DNA of 63,597 nt, filler included, from Welwitschia mirabilis (taxonomy: Eukaryota), in the NCBI GenBank assembly GCA_051453625.1. It is 7 parts of one record of this genome, joined end to end, with 100 filler letters (N's around TTAATTAATTAA, not from the genome) between each part and the next. Parts side by side here need not be neighbours in the genome. Positions count along the whole stretch, not along the records: positions 24,771 to 44,504 come from JBOZIK010000001.1; positions 44,605 to 46,240 come from JBOZIK010000001.1; positions 46,341 to 55,939 come from JBOZIK010000001.1; 4 more parts are not named here. One strand, 5' to 3'. A program made the position numbers and the translations under genes. Within the stretch, counting starts at the first letter, position 1. Each line of letters opens with the position of its first letter. The notes under the pieces were generated by a model, which saw only the letters and a program-made list of their open reading frames with translations, searched no databases and was not told the DNA's origin. This document shows, in pieces, positions 38,017-52,800 of the stretch.

Positions 38017-41000
38017 TGTTGAAGACAATTCTAGAACATATGACTAATTATAAATGAGGTACTCAGAATCTATCTTAAAAGATAAGAGAAGTTAGAATGA
38101 AAGGATCATTAAACTAGTAGAAATTCTTAAGTGGTCAACTAATATTCACTAATGAATAAACCACAAGATCATAAAGAAAACTGCTAAAATGCACTGCGTG
38201 ACCAACTAGCATTTAAAGGAGGTCAAATACATAGAGGTTAACTAGGATCTTCACAAGGGTTGATTACCTAGCTTATGAATCCAGATCATAATTCAAGTGG
38301 TTGATTAGCTCTAGTCTAGGGGTTAACCACCTAACTTAAGAAATTTTGGAAAATATTAATGTAAGGAAAGTGGTTAATTGGAAACTCAAAGGGGTCAAAT
38401 GTCAGTGTAATAGTTAGTAGGAAAATTGCCATTATGGACTATGGACAACCATTGAAACTTCATCTTGGTATGTTAATTAGATATTTTCAAGGAATTAACA
38501 ATTATATTATTCACTCATGTAACCTACAACAACTAGAAACATACTTGTATAAATAATTTGTCTATTGTATTAACTTACACCTTTTGTTAAATTTATGTTA
38601 TACTCTCACTAGCATCCAATTTCAATCTACTATACTTCAAATCTATCTAACACATTTATGTTCTTATACTTGTGGCTAAGGATTATTAGAAAATTCCATT
38701 TGTATTAATGAAAAATTCTACAAACTCCCATTGGATGTGTGATTGAAGACTACAACTAGAATAAAGGGAAATAGGCTTGTTTTTAATACTTGTTTCAACT
38801 TAATACCTTTTTCTTATTTATCTTATTATGTTCTATTATTTTTATCATAGTTAAATTATTAATTTAAGATAGTACATGTTTGGGTCTTAAATATTTTTAG
38901 ATTAGATTACATTTTTAGTGTTCTCTTATTTTGAGTTATACAATTGAAGAGGGACAATATTTTAGGCTATTTTGTTCATTCCTTCCCTCTAGGATAGTCA
39001 TTTTTAATAATTAGTATTAGAGCTTTGGTGCATAGATTTTTGCTTTGTTTTAATTATTTAATAGATTATACATCATGGAAGGGCAATCAAACCACCATCC
39101 ACCCTACTTTAATGGTAACAATTACTAATTTTAAAGGACAAGAATACAATTATTCATTAAAGCAATGAGTTTTAACTATTGGATAATTATGTAAGAAGGT
39201 TTCTCTTCATTAATGGAATATTAAATAATTGATCGAATTACTACCTTCATGGTCAAACCAAGAATATCATGGAAAGATAAAGACTAGGAAATTCTTAGTA
39301 AGAAGGAAATAAATGTAATATGTTATGGACTTAATGTAGAGGATTACAAAAAGGTAAGAAACTTTACTACCATAAAATATATATGGGATTACTTATAGGT
39401 AACATATGAAGGAACCAATTAGAATAAGAAGACTAAAAAGAAAATACTCATAATACACTTTGAACAAATTTGAATGCAAGATGATGAAACCTTTACAGGA
39501 TTCAATAATAAGCTGATGACCATTATCAATGGACTTTTAAAAATTTGAGAACCTTTATATATAGTAAAATTGCTAAGAAAATATTAAGGTATCTTTTAAA
39601 ATCCTATAAGAACAAGGTGATATAAATTGAATACATAAAGGACATTGAAAACATCAAGTTAGAAAAATTGGTAAGTGACATCTTGACATTTTAGCTAAGG
39701 CAACTTTATAAAGGTAATAAAGAAAAGGGTAAGGGTTCTTATCATTAAACAAGTTCCTTTATATAAATATAATAACATTGATAATCTTCCTAGATCTTAT
39801 TATTTAGATTTGATTCTAACATGGATGAAAAATTAGCATTATTTACTAGAAAATGCAAGATTATGTTGGCAGGTAAGAAATAGAAAAATAAAAGAGATCA
39901 TGGAACAACATCTTTAAGACCCAAGGGAAACTTTAGAAAAAAGTATACTCAATGTTAGACATGTAAAGGACTTGAGCACATAGTAGTTGAGTGTTCAAAT
40001 AATGAAAATAAGAAGGAATTAAAGAACTCTAGAAATAAATGCAACATGGCCACATGGAATAGTAATAAATTATATAGGAAAGATACTCATGAAAATAAGA
40101 GGCTATCTCTCATGGCACTTACCTCATCATGAAACTTACCTCATTTAATATGGTACTTATTACTAAGATAAATAATGGTTTTTAATTTGATTTAACTAAT
40201 CCCCATGAATTAGAATTAGAAAATTTGTTAACTCTTAAAGGTAGTGAAAAAATTAATAAAGAAGGGGATTGGTTTTTCAACATTGAAGAAAATGATCCAA
40301 CAACCAAAGAAGAAGTGATAATAAAAAATGTAGAAGAAGAAAAGGATGAAAATGGAGGTCTAATGGAAGCTTACCAAGAGCTATTTGAAGAAAGAAAAAA
40401 TATTCTAAAAGAAAAGACTCTCTTAAAAAAGAATATAGTCCAATGTGAATAAAAAAATAAGAAATTAATATTTGACTTTGAGATTGCAAAGAAAACCCTT
40501 TGAGATCAAATAGCATAATGTGAAAAAAATTAAATATATTTAAAACCTTTTAAGAGTAAAATAATAAATATATTTAAAACCTTTCAAGAGTAAAATAAAA
40601 GGGATCTAAGTGTTTTATCTCAAAAATTAATGATCTAAATAAAATTATCTTAAAGTTTTCCATAGGTAATAGGTCATCAGAGATAATTCTACTTAAGCAA
40701 AGAGAACTAGGTAATAAAAGTGGATTAGGATATGTTCCATTACTCTTTTCCTCTTTTCTGCTAGCCTCATCAAGTAAATCTTTATCTCCTTCTAAGGGTA
40801 AAGGATAAATGTCTTTAAGCTTTAAACTAAGTGATGTCATATTGAATTTAGCAAAAATAGTAAGAAATTTCTTATTTAGCATTTTTATAATAGACTTTAT
40901 CATAATAAACTCCATTTTCATTTTAGTAATTTATTTTCTAAATTTGAAATAATATTTGATTATTAATTCATTACTAAAAGGCTAAATTTGACATTAGATG

Positions 41001-41660
41001 GAGTACTAGTAAAGCTTATAAGAGTCTTTTAATTTACACTGCTTTAACATTCATAAATGATGTTTGTTAGTATCTCAAGAATGTTTACTTAAGGAACATA
41101 ACTATAGACATAAATAGATTCATAAAGATAGATAAATGCATTGGACATACTATGACTTTTGGAAATAATGAAAAAGCTTGGTGAGAGGTGTTTGTAATGT
41201 TTATGGCAAGGACATTTCAATGATCCATAATTTTCTCTACATAAATGAGCTAAAGAACAACATCCTTAGCATTAGCCAAATGTTTAACAAAGTATTTATG
41301 TTTCATTTAATACTTCAATATGTTATGTTTTAGTTAGGAATGGTAAAATTTTATTGATTGGTAATAAGAATGAAAATGTATGTTCTATTAGGTAATAAAT
41401 GAGTAGTAAATGTTTATTCTCAATTTCATCAAAGAAAAGTAGGATTTTAAATAAACATTTAGGTGATGTTAACCATAAAAACCTTTAAAACATTATTGTT
41501 TTAAGGATATTCCAAATTTAAGCAAAGTTGAAGGAGAAGTGTGCAAGGCATGCCAATTGGGAAAATAAACTAGAAAGAGTTTCTGTAAGATTTATTAAGT
41601 ATCATCTTAACATTCCTTAGACTTGCTTCATCTTGGTCTTATAGGACCCGCACCAGTAGG
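38017..41660 (+). mobile_element. Old Ty1/SIRE-like element: LTR (about 38017-39009), PBS (39012-39023), gag-PR-IN start, truncated inside integrase
   Basis: GTTCATTCCTTCCCTCTAG near the LTR end; PBS TAGTATTAGAGC; MEGQSNHHPPYFNGNNY at 39075; knuckle QC*TCKGLEHIVVEC; coiled-coil gag extension (ORF 40225-40452); integrase VCKACQLGK*TRKSF and LDLLHLGLIGP. Confidence 0.85.
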
Positions 41661-42457
41661 TACTACTAGAATTTTTATCTACTAAAGCAATTATTTTAAT
41701 AAACTCCTTAAATAAAATGTTAAAAGCATCTTTTTAAGATGTATTTATATACAACTACCTTAACAATAGATTTGGAGTTATTTTTAAGGAATTTATAGGA
41801 AAAAACACCTTAGTATTTAGTCATTTTTGAATAAATTCCTTAAGAAATGGCTAAGAAAGCATGATAATTAAATGCCTTAATATAAAGTTTAACTTAACAA
41901 AAAAAACATACTTCATTTCTTTTGATTTATTTCATTTGTATTTTCTACTTCATTGAATACTTTATTTGTGATATAAATAGAGATCATTAAGAATGAATTT
42001 TGGTTTCCCTAATTGATGCACACAAAATTCTTATTTTTGAAATAATTCCTTTGGATGCATAGAAAGATTTCAGGACTATCCCATTTTGTGTTTGATTAAA
42101 GAATTAATTTATACATTTCTTATTAAGGAGAATTTATTTAAAAATAATACTTATATTTTAGAAGAAAAGACATTATAGTTTGATAAGGGAATGTAATAGA
42201 GCTCGTTCACAGAAAGATCAAAGATGAGTTAAGCATGACGAGTATTAGAGCTTTGAGAAGAAAAGCCAAATGACATGTGTATCATTTTTTAGTCATGGAT
42301 TCTAACCTTGGAATTACTAGCATGACCATAGCTACCACATATATGCATTGTATTCTCCATTCATTTTGCTTCATCTAGATGTAAGATTTTCATTTTAAAA
42401 TATTTCTGTAGGTTCTGTTGCATTAACATTACTTCAAGATCAAAACCATGGAAAATT

Positions 42458-44504
42458 TGTTAGATTATATTTGCTAATTAATGTCAAACTAATTCCTCTG
42501 GTGTAGTGCAAATTTGTTAGATATTATGTACAGATGAGTTTGAGTTATATAGGTGAACGATGTGGATTAAAATGCATAAAAGAAACTGCCTAGTTATGTT
42601 TACCTCTAGTGGGGATCAACCAGATCTTATAGGGGTTGACCGCATCTAAAGCAGACAACAGAAATGAACTGAAATCAGAAGGATCAACCGGATTATGAAG
42701 GGGTAGACCAGACCTGTAATCTCAAGAACCAATAGTTTCAGACTGAGAGGAATGGGATTGACCAGATATTAATCAGGTTGATCGGATTCGAGGAACTGAC
42801 AGTTAAGTCCCAGACTGAAAGAAAAGGGGTCGACCAGATTTTTATGGATTCGACTGAACTTGAGAAGTTGACAAGTCCATAGTTCTAGACCAAGAGACAA
42901 GGGGTCGGCTGGACCTAGGATGAAGTTGACCGAGTTCTTATGGGGTCAACCGAATATTTGTGGGATCAACTGAATAGTATAGAAAAGTAAATTTTATAAA
43001 TATTATGTATCCATTAACTAGCTGTTACCTAGCCATTTTCTAGCCTTTTATAGCTGTTGGAGTCGTAATTCAATTATATCAAACTATAGTAACCCTCCAT
43101 TATAAATACCTAGATAAGAGATGACCTAGAAATCTTTTGGGCATTTTTCAAAACTGGCATATTCATTGTGAATCTAAAAGGTTAAGTAGTATATTTCATT
43201 AGCACATCTTTTGTACTAATTCATATCTGATTAAGGAGATCTACTCTTGGAATAAGGATTTCACTCAGAATCAGATCAAAGAGTTTCATCATTATATCCC
43301 ATTGGAGAAGAGATCCACTCACAGTACTGATATTAAACATGTGATATCAGAGCTATCAAGGCTACACTACATCACATCCATTACTTTCTGAGGTTGAGAC
43401 TTAGCCTGCAAAAGTTTGTTGTTAAGGTTGAANNNNNNNNNNTTTAGGAGAAGTTGATCATTGAGAGTAAAGTAGAGAAATTCCTGAATCACTATAAACC
43501 CTATGTGCCTCTAAATTGGTAGTTTCTATTTTATGTTTTACATTCTATTTCTCATTTCTTATATGTACATTCTTAATTTAATATTTGCTTACATACAATC
43601 TGTAATTAGATATCTTTAATTTGACTTTGAGCTTAAGGTTTTTGAGAGAACCTATTCACTTCCCCCTCTAGGGTTCTTGATCCTATTATTTGGTACCAGA
43701 TCCTAGGTTAGTCTTTGAGAGATCTTAATAGATCTCGACTAAGAACCCTTAAATGGATATTCTCTTTGATGAATTTTTTAGCATGCCCTCTCTAAATACC
43801 TGCCCCTTTATATCTATTTTCTATGGATATTATTTAGATTTATGTTTAAATAGATTGCAAAAAGAAAANNNNNNNNNNGAATGAAGAAGATAAAGAAATA
43901 CTTAAGAGCATACTAGAGAAAGGAGACTCTCTTTTTGGCTTTTGTGCCACCTCTACAGGATGTTCCAAATTTCTTAGTAAATGATGAAGATGAAGTTGAT
44001 CTGGAAGACACTTGTTAAGAGCTATATTAAGAATGTGAAAAATTATCCAAAAGGATTAATGACCTAAACAAGATTATAAAATCCCTCATCAAAGAAAAAG
44101 ATGAGTTGAAATCAATCTTTGAAAAAGTAAAATCCGAAAATGCCGATCTCACCTTGTAGGTAAAAGATTTACATATTTTATTAATAAGTTTTTAGATGAA
44201 TCTACCAGATTGGAAAAAATGCTTGATCTCAGAAATTAGTTAAAAACAAATAAGTTATTGGGTTCATTTCAAAAAAACCTCAAGCATAGTAAACACAGCT
44301 AACCAATTATGGTAATTTCATTTCAAAACTTACTTGTCATTTTTATGGAAAAACAGGTCATTCAAAACTTATGTGTAATGCTAGAAATTAATGTTTATTT
44401 TAAATTCTAATAGCTCTTTTCCATTTAGATTTATTTCTAAGAAAAGTCTACCACATAAATCTAAAAGGATTATGTGGATAAAAGCTAATGATCTTAAAAG
44501 CTTA
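42458..44504 (+). mobile_element. Ty1/SIRE-like LTR (start uncertain, end about 43688), PBS (43691-43703) and shortened gag-like region
   Basis: Array of GGGGTCGACC-type palindromic motifs at 42610-42975; TATAAATA near 43101; CCTATTCACTTCCCCTCTAG; PBS TGGTACCAGATCC; then coiled coil, TCHFYGKTGHSKLMC and MWIKAND. Confidence 0.75.
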
Positions 44505-45449
44505 NNNNNNNNNNNNNNNNNNNNNNNNNNNNNNNNNNNNNNNNNNNNTTAATTAATTAANNNNNNNNNNNNNNNNNNNNNNNNNNNNNNNNNNNNNNNN
44601 NNNNTGATTCTTTAATCTTTTATCCATTAAATTTTGAATGTTCCAAGTGTTTAGATTGAAAGTTTCAACATAGCCATTTAAAATGTACTTTTTCTGAAAG
44701 ATAAAAACCTAATTATTGAGAAGTTCAACTGGTTATGTAAAAAGTGCACTTAAGTATGATATTTTTTTAGAAAAATAAGGTCCAAATCAAACAAAAACCA
44801 ATTGACAAAACATATAGGATATGCAATCATTTTGGAGTAAAATCAATTGAATATAAATAAAGTAAAATGATAAAAAATTGAGAGTACAAATTTTAGAGTC
44901 TAAATAAGAGATAAAGAAGTGATAAATTTCACTGATAAGTAATCCCTTATGAAGACAGTGTAAAACATGAGTATCATTGTATAATTTATTTATAGTACTA
45001 TACATAGAATGAATCCAAAAGATATTTAAGGGCTTTTGAGAATGTTTCATAAGATGAAGAAGCTCCTTAAGATTTAATTAAAATCATAGATTATCATCAA
45101 GAAGATACAACTTTTCCCAATGTAAAATTCCAAGATATTCTAAGTTAAACTTTTAAAAAGAATTATTATTAAAAGAATAAGGTATAGTGGACTTAGAAGA
45201 AAAAGGATGAATGTTACTTTAAGGATCACATGAATGTTTGAAAGAAATATATTAAGAGATAAGAGAAATAGACTTTTCAAAGTGATGAATTTTATAAGAG
45301 TCAAGAAAAGAAACATGGCCTTGAGAATCATATAAAGGTATAATTAGAAGAGATAGAAAAAGGTTATTATGATCAAGGTTATGAGGTAATCTGAAGGTAA
45401 AAGTAAAAGTGAAAGGAGGAGTGGAGGGAAGGATGTGATTTAAAATTAA

Positions 45450-46240
45450 ACATGAAGGCATAGATGGGAAAAATGTAGAAGTATGGATAGAATGAATAAG
45501 TCTATTCTCATGAAGTTTGAATGCATCTCTAAGTGTCCTTCATTCCTTTTAATTTCTTCACTATCATCCATGTCATTATGTAGTTTGATTATACTTTCAT
45601 CTTCATTGGTTATAACTATATCTTCCTTCCTTTGTTGAAGATTACTTTTACTTTCTAAATGATTGGATTCATTAAAAATATTAGCAAGATAAATAATAGC
45701 ATTATTTTCATCATTGATTGAAAGGTTTTTAGTTTTCTCATGATTGGATTCCTCATCTCTATTGTCTAATAGAAGATGAATGGTAAAGATATAATCTAAT
45801 ATCTTAATATCATCCTCTAATAAGTGGTCATCTTCATCCTAATTGTTGACATGTTGAGTTGTATCATTATTTTCTTCTTTTTGCTTATCTCCTAGTGAGT
45901 AGGATGTTAAAGTTTGATTTATAAATCCATCTTCAAGTTGAAAGCAAGAATCATTATCATAAATAATTTCTAAGTTCTCTTCATTTTATTTAAGGTAGGA
46001 TGGAGTGGAATAGTTGTGAGGATGTTGTGTCGTGTAAGATTCTTGAATATTTAATAGGTTTTGTTGCAAGATTTCAACTAATCTATCTAAGTTTTTATTG
46101 GTGTTTTATTGGTTCTTCATCATTTCACCAATAATTTCTCCTAAAGGATCTTTTTCTTCTTCATAGTAGTTGATGGAAGATGGTTCTTCTTTGTAGTAAG
46201 GCATGGAAGATGATTGGGATTGGAAAAGATGATTGCAAGC
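45450..46240 (-). pseudogene. Athila gag C-terminal-like segment followed by an acidic tail (non-autonomous derivative)
   Basis: DPLGEIIGEMMKNQ*NTNKNLDRLVEIL is similar to DPLRNSIKELRKTQEKTNANIENLVNI (near 60622) and DPLKDSIGELKKV*EKTN (near 52025). The frame continues for about 260 codons with few stops. Confidence 0.5.
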
Positions 46241-46340
46241 NNNNNNNNNNNNNNNNNNNNNNNNNNNNNNNNNNNNNNNNNNNNTTAATTAATTAANNNN
46301 NNNNNNNNNNNNNNNNNNNNNNNNNNNNNNNNNNNNNNNN

Positions 46341-49300
46341 TATATATGGTCTTTACTAGCCAAAAATTTGCACTATTAGTTAAAAGATCCACTATGATAA
46401 AGATAGAATCATATCCTTTCTTTGTCTTAGGAAAGCCTATGATAAAATCCATGTCTATTGTTTTTCATTTTTACTGTGGGATATTATGAGAATAAAGAAG
46501 TTCTTCTAGGTTCATATGCTTAGCATGGACTAACTGATATGTTATACACTTAGCTATGTACTCAGCTATNNNNNNNNNNTCTTTAATTTCATTCCTGTCC
46601 AGCAATATAATTGCTTAATATTCTTATACATATTATTAACTCCTAGAGGAATTAGCATATTTAGTTGTATGAAACTCTTTAAAAATTAGGTTTTTAACTC
46701 TTACCATATCAGTAACCATAATCTTCTCTAGATAGCATACTAATTAATTTCTTAAAATGATAAATCCTTTTAAACTAGTTTCTCTAACTCTTTTACATAA
46801 AGGAAAACTTTGTTGTGCTTCAAAGATTATGTTTTATAATTTATTATTTAAACTTAGATTATAGAGTGTATTCCTTATTCTACTCAAGGTGTCAGCCACT
46901 ACGTTCACCTTTCCTACATGATAATTTACCATAAGATCATAATCCTATAAAAATTCTATCCAATGCCTCTGTCTAAAATTTATATTTTCTTGTGTATGAA
47001 TATACTTTAAGCTCTTATGATTGATCCAAATTTCTATTTGTTCATCATAAAAATAATTCCTCTAAATATTTAATAACCGCTGCTAGTTCTAAGTCATGAA
47101 GAGTATAATTCTTCTCATGATTCTTTGATTGCCTAGATGCATAAGCTATCACCTTATTATTTTGCATTAAGATCACTCCTAAGCCTTCACTTAAGGAATA
47201 TGTACAAATTATGTAAGGTTTTCCTAGTTTTGGCATCCTCAAAACTATTGTTAAGATAAGAATTATCTTTAACACTTGAAAATATTTATCACATCATTTG
47301 GTCAATTCAAACTGATTATTCTTTCTTAGCAAAGAAGTTAAGGAAGAAGCTAACTTAGAGAAATTTTTAATAAATCTTCTATAGTATTAGGCAAGGCCAA
47401 GAAAACCTCTTACTTCTAATACTAATTTAGGCTTAGGCTATTTCACAATAGCTTAGATTTTATCTTGATCCACACTAACTCCTTCTTCATAGATTATATG
47501 ACATAAAAATTTAGCCTCAGATAATCAAAACTCACACTTAAAAGTGATTTATTTGCAAGGTACCTAGCACTATCCTCAAGTGTTTTTCATGTACCTCTTT
47601 AGTCAGAGAATATACTAAAACATAATTAATAAAAATCATAATAAATTTTTCCAAATAGGATTAAAAAATATCATTCATTACTAGCATGAATGTTGTGGGT
47701 GCATTAGTAAGATTCAATGGAACTACTCTAAACTCATAGTATTCATACCTAGTACAGAAGGCTATCTTGAAAATGTCTTCTTTCTTGATTCTGAGTTGAT
47801 GGTATCATAACTTAAGATCAATATTAGAAAAGACCTTCACATACTTAAGTTCATCAAATAAATCCTCTATCCTAGGAAAGTATTATCTATTCCTTATTAT
47901 GACTTTATTTAACAACCTATAATCCATAAACATCCTTAAACTTTCATCCTTCTTTTTAACAAATAGAACTGGTGCATCCCATGTTGATATGCTTGGCCTA
48001 TTTGATTCCTTATCTAATAATGTAGTTATTTCAGTATTCAACTCTATTAGTTTGACTAAAGACATCCTGTCAGATGCTTTTGAGATTGGTTTATAACCTA
48101 GCTTAAGAGATATTTCAAAATCTTCATTTCTACTTGGAGGATAACATGGTAGCCCTTCTAGAAATAATCCTGTATACTCCTTCATAACTGGTATATCTAA
48201 AACTTTTGATTGATCTTGGAGAAAGAATAGGAATCTAACCATTTCAAAAGTTTCATTTCTCCTTAGTTCTTTCATCATATATTTCTTACTTATCAATCTT
48301 TTAGTAGTGGTTCTAGAAGTACTAAGTAATTGGACCTATTGATCGCATGATCTCAACATAGTGGCCTTCCTAGATAAGTAATCTATCTGATCTCTATTTT
48401 ATTTTAGCTAATTTATGCCTATGATAACATCAAAATATCACAACTCCAAAATTAAAAATTAGATCTAAAAAGTATAACCTCCAATAGTAACATGGAATCT
48501 ATGGGTTTTGCCAAGAACTCAAATAGTGCTACCATCTGGGAGTTCTAAAATTACTATGTTTTCACCATGTAATATTGTAAATAAGTTCTAAGACATTAAA
48601 AGTAATATAAAAGAATATGTTCCCCCTATATCTAATAAAATTTTTATAGGAACATGTAGTAACGTACTTATAGTTTTTAGGATAACTGATGATTGAGTAT
48701 CTTTCTTAGATTAAATGCATATAATTTCTTAACATCTACTACTTCCTATTGCTCTATCCTCTTTTTAGGATAGCTCCTAATCATATGAGATCCTTCACAA
48801 CTATAACATCTAGTGGTTTTAGGGTTCTCTGTTCTAATTCTTGTAGTAGTGAATGATAGTGCCACGAGTTCCTTTCCTCTTACTTAGGGTTGTCTTACCT
48901 CCATTTTGTTTACTCTTGCAGTTTGATACTGATCCTACCTCTAGCTAGTTCTTTGTTCTCAAAGAAGGACCTTTTTCTAGTTTAAAATCCTCTTTGTTCT
49001 TATGGATTTCCTAGTTTATCCTTAAAATGCCTGCTACTACCACATAATTCCTTAGTAAGTCTAGCCTTTTCTAAGGTCTTTATAAAGTTCCTTGCTTGGA
49101 ATATTTTAACCTATATTTGAATTATGAACTATAGAGTATCCACCATCTTTTGTAACTTTACTACCTTAGTATTAGCTATCTTAGATACATATCTCAGTAG
49201 TTGCATGAACTTCTTCTCATACTGGGCCACTGTCATGAATTCCTACTTAAGATTGTAAAATTCATCTACATTAGAATTCTTGTAGTATTCTGAAATATAT

Positions 49301-49714
49301 TTAACTCAAAATCATCACATTTTAAAGATGATTTAGCTACTTATAAATTTCCAATATGAGTAGAATCACTGATAAGTAATTTAGAAAAGGTAGGTTGTAC
49401 CTTTTCTGTATCCCACCACAAGGCTACATTTGTTTCACATTAATGTATAGCTAAAATGGCCTTCTGCTTAGATGTAAAATTAAATAGCCCTAATTTCCTA
49501 CTAGCAATGATTAACTATGCTTTATCTTTAGCCACATTATTAGATCCTTCAAAGATTGGAGTATTCATTTACCTAAATTACATCATTAACTTTCAAGTTA
49601 CAACCCATTAATTCTATTACCTCTCCTTTCTTAGAGTCCACCTACTAAGTGGTGCATGGTAGTTACTAAGTATCTCATGTCTAAAAGTAGTGGTACTACT
49701 CTTCTTAGAGCCAT
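46341..49714 (-). pseudogene. Degenerate Ty3/Tekay(Del) chromovirus gag-pol
   Basis: gag [58 protein letters not shown] and YHQLRIK; RNase [27 protein letters not shown]; integrase IDMDFIIGFPKTKKGYDSIFIIVDLLT. Confidence 0.92.
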
Positions 49715-49803
49715 CTATCAATCCTACCATAATTTTAATTTGAATAATTAAGATAAATAATAGGATAAATTCCAACATATAAAATCTAACTTCTCAACCT
49801 AGT

Positions 49804-52800
49804 CCTTTGATACCAAAATGTGATGTCATCTTTTAAGAAATCAACAATGTAAGAATTGCATTAATCTATACTACTACAATGGCTATGTTAAATACATAGT
49901 AATTTTATTTGCTTCATATTTCAACTTGGTAATGTAGCACTAACTACCTTGACTACAATATCTTAACATGATGAGCTAAAATATATAAATTATGTATAAT
50001 TTGTGTTAAGCATAGGGAATAAAGTGCTAAACTAAGATAACTACACTTTAAAACCAATGCTCCCTTAAGTGTAATCTGAATATTCAATTAATTACTATGA
50101 CTAAACTCTAATACACCTATTAGTTTGACTTAGTATTACTCAAATAGAATTGATTTTACTTACTAATCACATTTAGCATGTGTAGTATGTTTATTAACCA
50201 TATTAAAATTATAATACATTATGTTTTTAGTCATTATTAACTATTTGTACTAGATTCATATACATATACATTTTTTATGAGCATAGAAGAAAATAATTGT
50301 GATCCCAAAATAATGTTTGTTATAGTGTGAATTTATGTAATCTTTAAGTCCTTAGGTAAAACCTATAAATCATAATACTTATAAAAAACACACAATAGTA
50401 TAAATGGAAGTCAACCCGAATGTTATAATCCATTGAAGGCACTAGGCTATAAGTTAGAGAATTAATTTCACAAAGTATTTTAGTATTTTATATTTTAGTA
50501 AATGAAAAATAAATAACAATGCAAGATGAATGATGGTGAAATGGAATGGATCAAATGCAAGTGAGATGAGTTCTATCTGGATTCTAGTCCTCTTATTATA
50601 ATAATTAATCCTTATAACTTACATCAATTAAAAATAATTTATTACTTATTATTAACCAATATAAACTATAAGATATGTGAAATAGAATATGAATAATGAA
50701 AATATGAAAATGGAATGAAATAAAATGTAATGCAAATCTAAACTAACAAAGTAAACATTAACAAAGGTTACCCTTATGATCTAAATAAACTATAGATTTG
50801 TCAGTAAAATATAATTAACTTAAATTATAAGGGATATTTACATAATAGGAGTTAAAAAGTAATTGAATTAATCATCAACTTTACATCCACTTATAACAAA
50901 CTAGCAGCACCTCAAGGGAGGATACTCAGCCCAACACTAAGGTAAACTTCTCTCTATAGCTACTACATAGACCTCTTATCCTTCAATCTTTCATAATAAG
51001 AATACTTGTCTAAAAGATGGAAATGGAAGTAAAGAAAAGGAAGGGTATTTATATTTTTACATTAAAGTTTTATAAGCTCAATTCTAAGAATTAGAGAAGA
51101 TACCCTAGCAATCCATACGGGTTGCATGACCCCTAGTACAAAGATGTCTTTTTGTCCATATAAAAATAAGTGTCATCATAAGTTTTTTGGGGATGATAAT
51201 GGAGGGTTGATACTTCATATTAAAAGATAATCTATTAGCTTTAGATCCCATAATCAACTCCTCAGATATAATCCATGTTAGTAGTGTTGTCAACCTAGGT
51301 CTTTTATATATGTGAAGAGGCATGATGTTTACACTAGCTTCTATGTTAATTAAATATTTTTGAATTCTTTTGTTTCCTTTCAAAGTAATGGTAACTATTG
51401 TTGTCCTAGGATGTTTGAATTTAGGACACTTTTTCATGACTAAGATAAAAATCAATTGAGTAAGAAAAACTTTACTATTAATGGTACATTTTTATTTTCT
51501 TCTTACTAGGTCTTTCCATAACTTAGTGTATTTAGACTTTTCTTGCAAGAGTTTACAAAAACATAAGTTAATGTTTACTTCTTAGATTAAATTATTCATT
51601 TACTCATCATAGATAATATTCATGTTTAACTTATGAACCAAGAAATAAATGATTTCTTCCCTTTGTTTTCCTATGAAGAATTTTTTATGGAGGTCTTAGC
51701 ATGTGATGTTGTTGGAAGGTTATTTCAGTCCAAAATTTCTACATCATCTTCTTCATTTTTTTGAATTATTTTTGGAAGTTTAGACCTCATGGTTAGGAGG
51801 TGTTATATCATTTCCACCTCTTGTTATTACTTTCAAATCTCTCTTAACTTCATTTGGATGGGTAAAGGTTAAGATGCAAGAAGCCCTTATGGTCTTTGAT
51901 TGGCATGCATTATTTATTAAAGCACATTTAATAAGTTTTTAATGTCATTGTTAATATTTTTAATATTACTATTTGTCTTTTCTTACACCTTTTTTAGTTC
52001 TCCTATGGAATCTTTGAGTGGATCCTTTTGATTTGATTGAAAATTGAGGTTATTTGGTTGAAAGTTTAAATTCTTAAATCTATCTCAAAATGTTTCCATT
52101 GTGATTATCCATTTAATCTTTTTTGAAATTGTGATTGGCTTTTAAAGTTAGATGTTCTTTGATTGAATGCACATAATTCCTCAAACATCTTCTCTTTACA
52201 AGTTGTTAACAAGGGATACCCTTTAGTTTAATGCGATTTTTCTTCACAAATATTACATGTTAAAGTTGTGTTTTTATCTTTTACTACCTTTGCATCAACT
52301 ATTAATTAAGTATACTTCCTCAAAGTGATAGTGAAATCCTTAATTAAGTTGGTTATATCACCTCTCTCTTCTTCTTGTCATATTTTACTTCCTTTAAATA
52401 TTTTATGATTTGGCCTACAGTTTGATTTTTATTAGTGGGTTTTGGCCAAGTTTGACTTATCTCTACTAGATTTTCTAATACAATATATTCATCCTTTAAG
52501 GCTAATTTTATTAAGTTTCCACATAAAAAAAGTCTACAAGTTATTTAATTTGATGATTAAATCCACTGTAGAAATAATTGACTAATTGTCCTTTATGGAA
52601 TTCATTGATAGGATTGAAATGCATAGCTATGATAAAACATTTATATGTTATGGCATAATCCTCATGAGGTTGTTGTTCAAATTTGATAACGTCATTTCTT
52701 CTTTTTCTCATGATAATTTCACTCAAAAATCTTTTAATAAAAACTTCTTATACTTGACTTCATGATTTAAGACTCTTATGTGAAATGGTTTTAAGCCAAA

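Noticed and set aside
40531-40598. 34-bp tandem duplication (and similar ones at 27553-27601 and 32866-32924)
   Set aside because: These are ordinary slippage or repair duplications inside dead elements.
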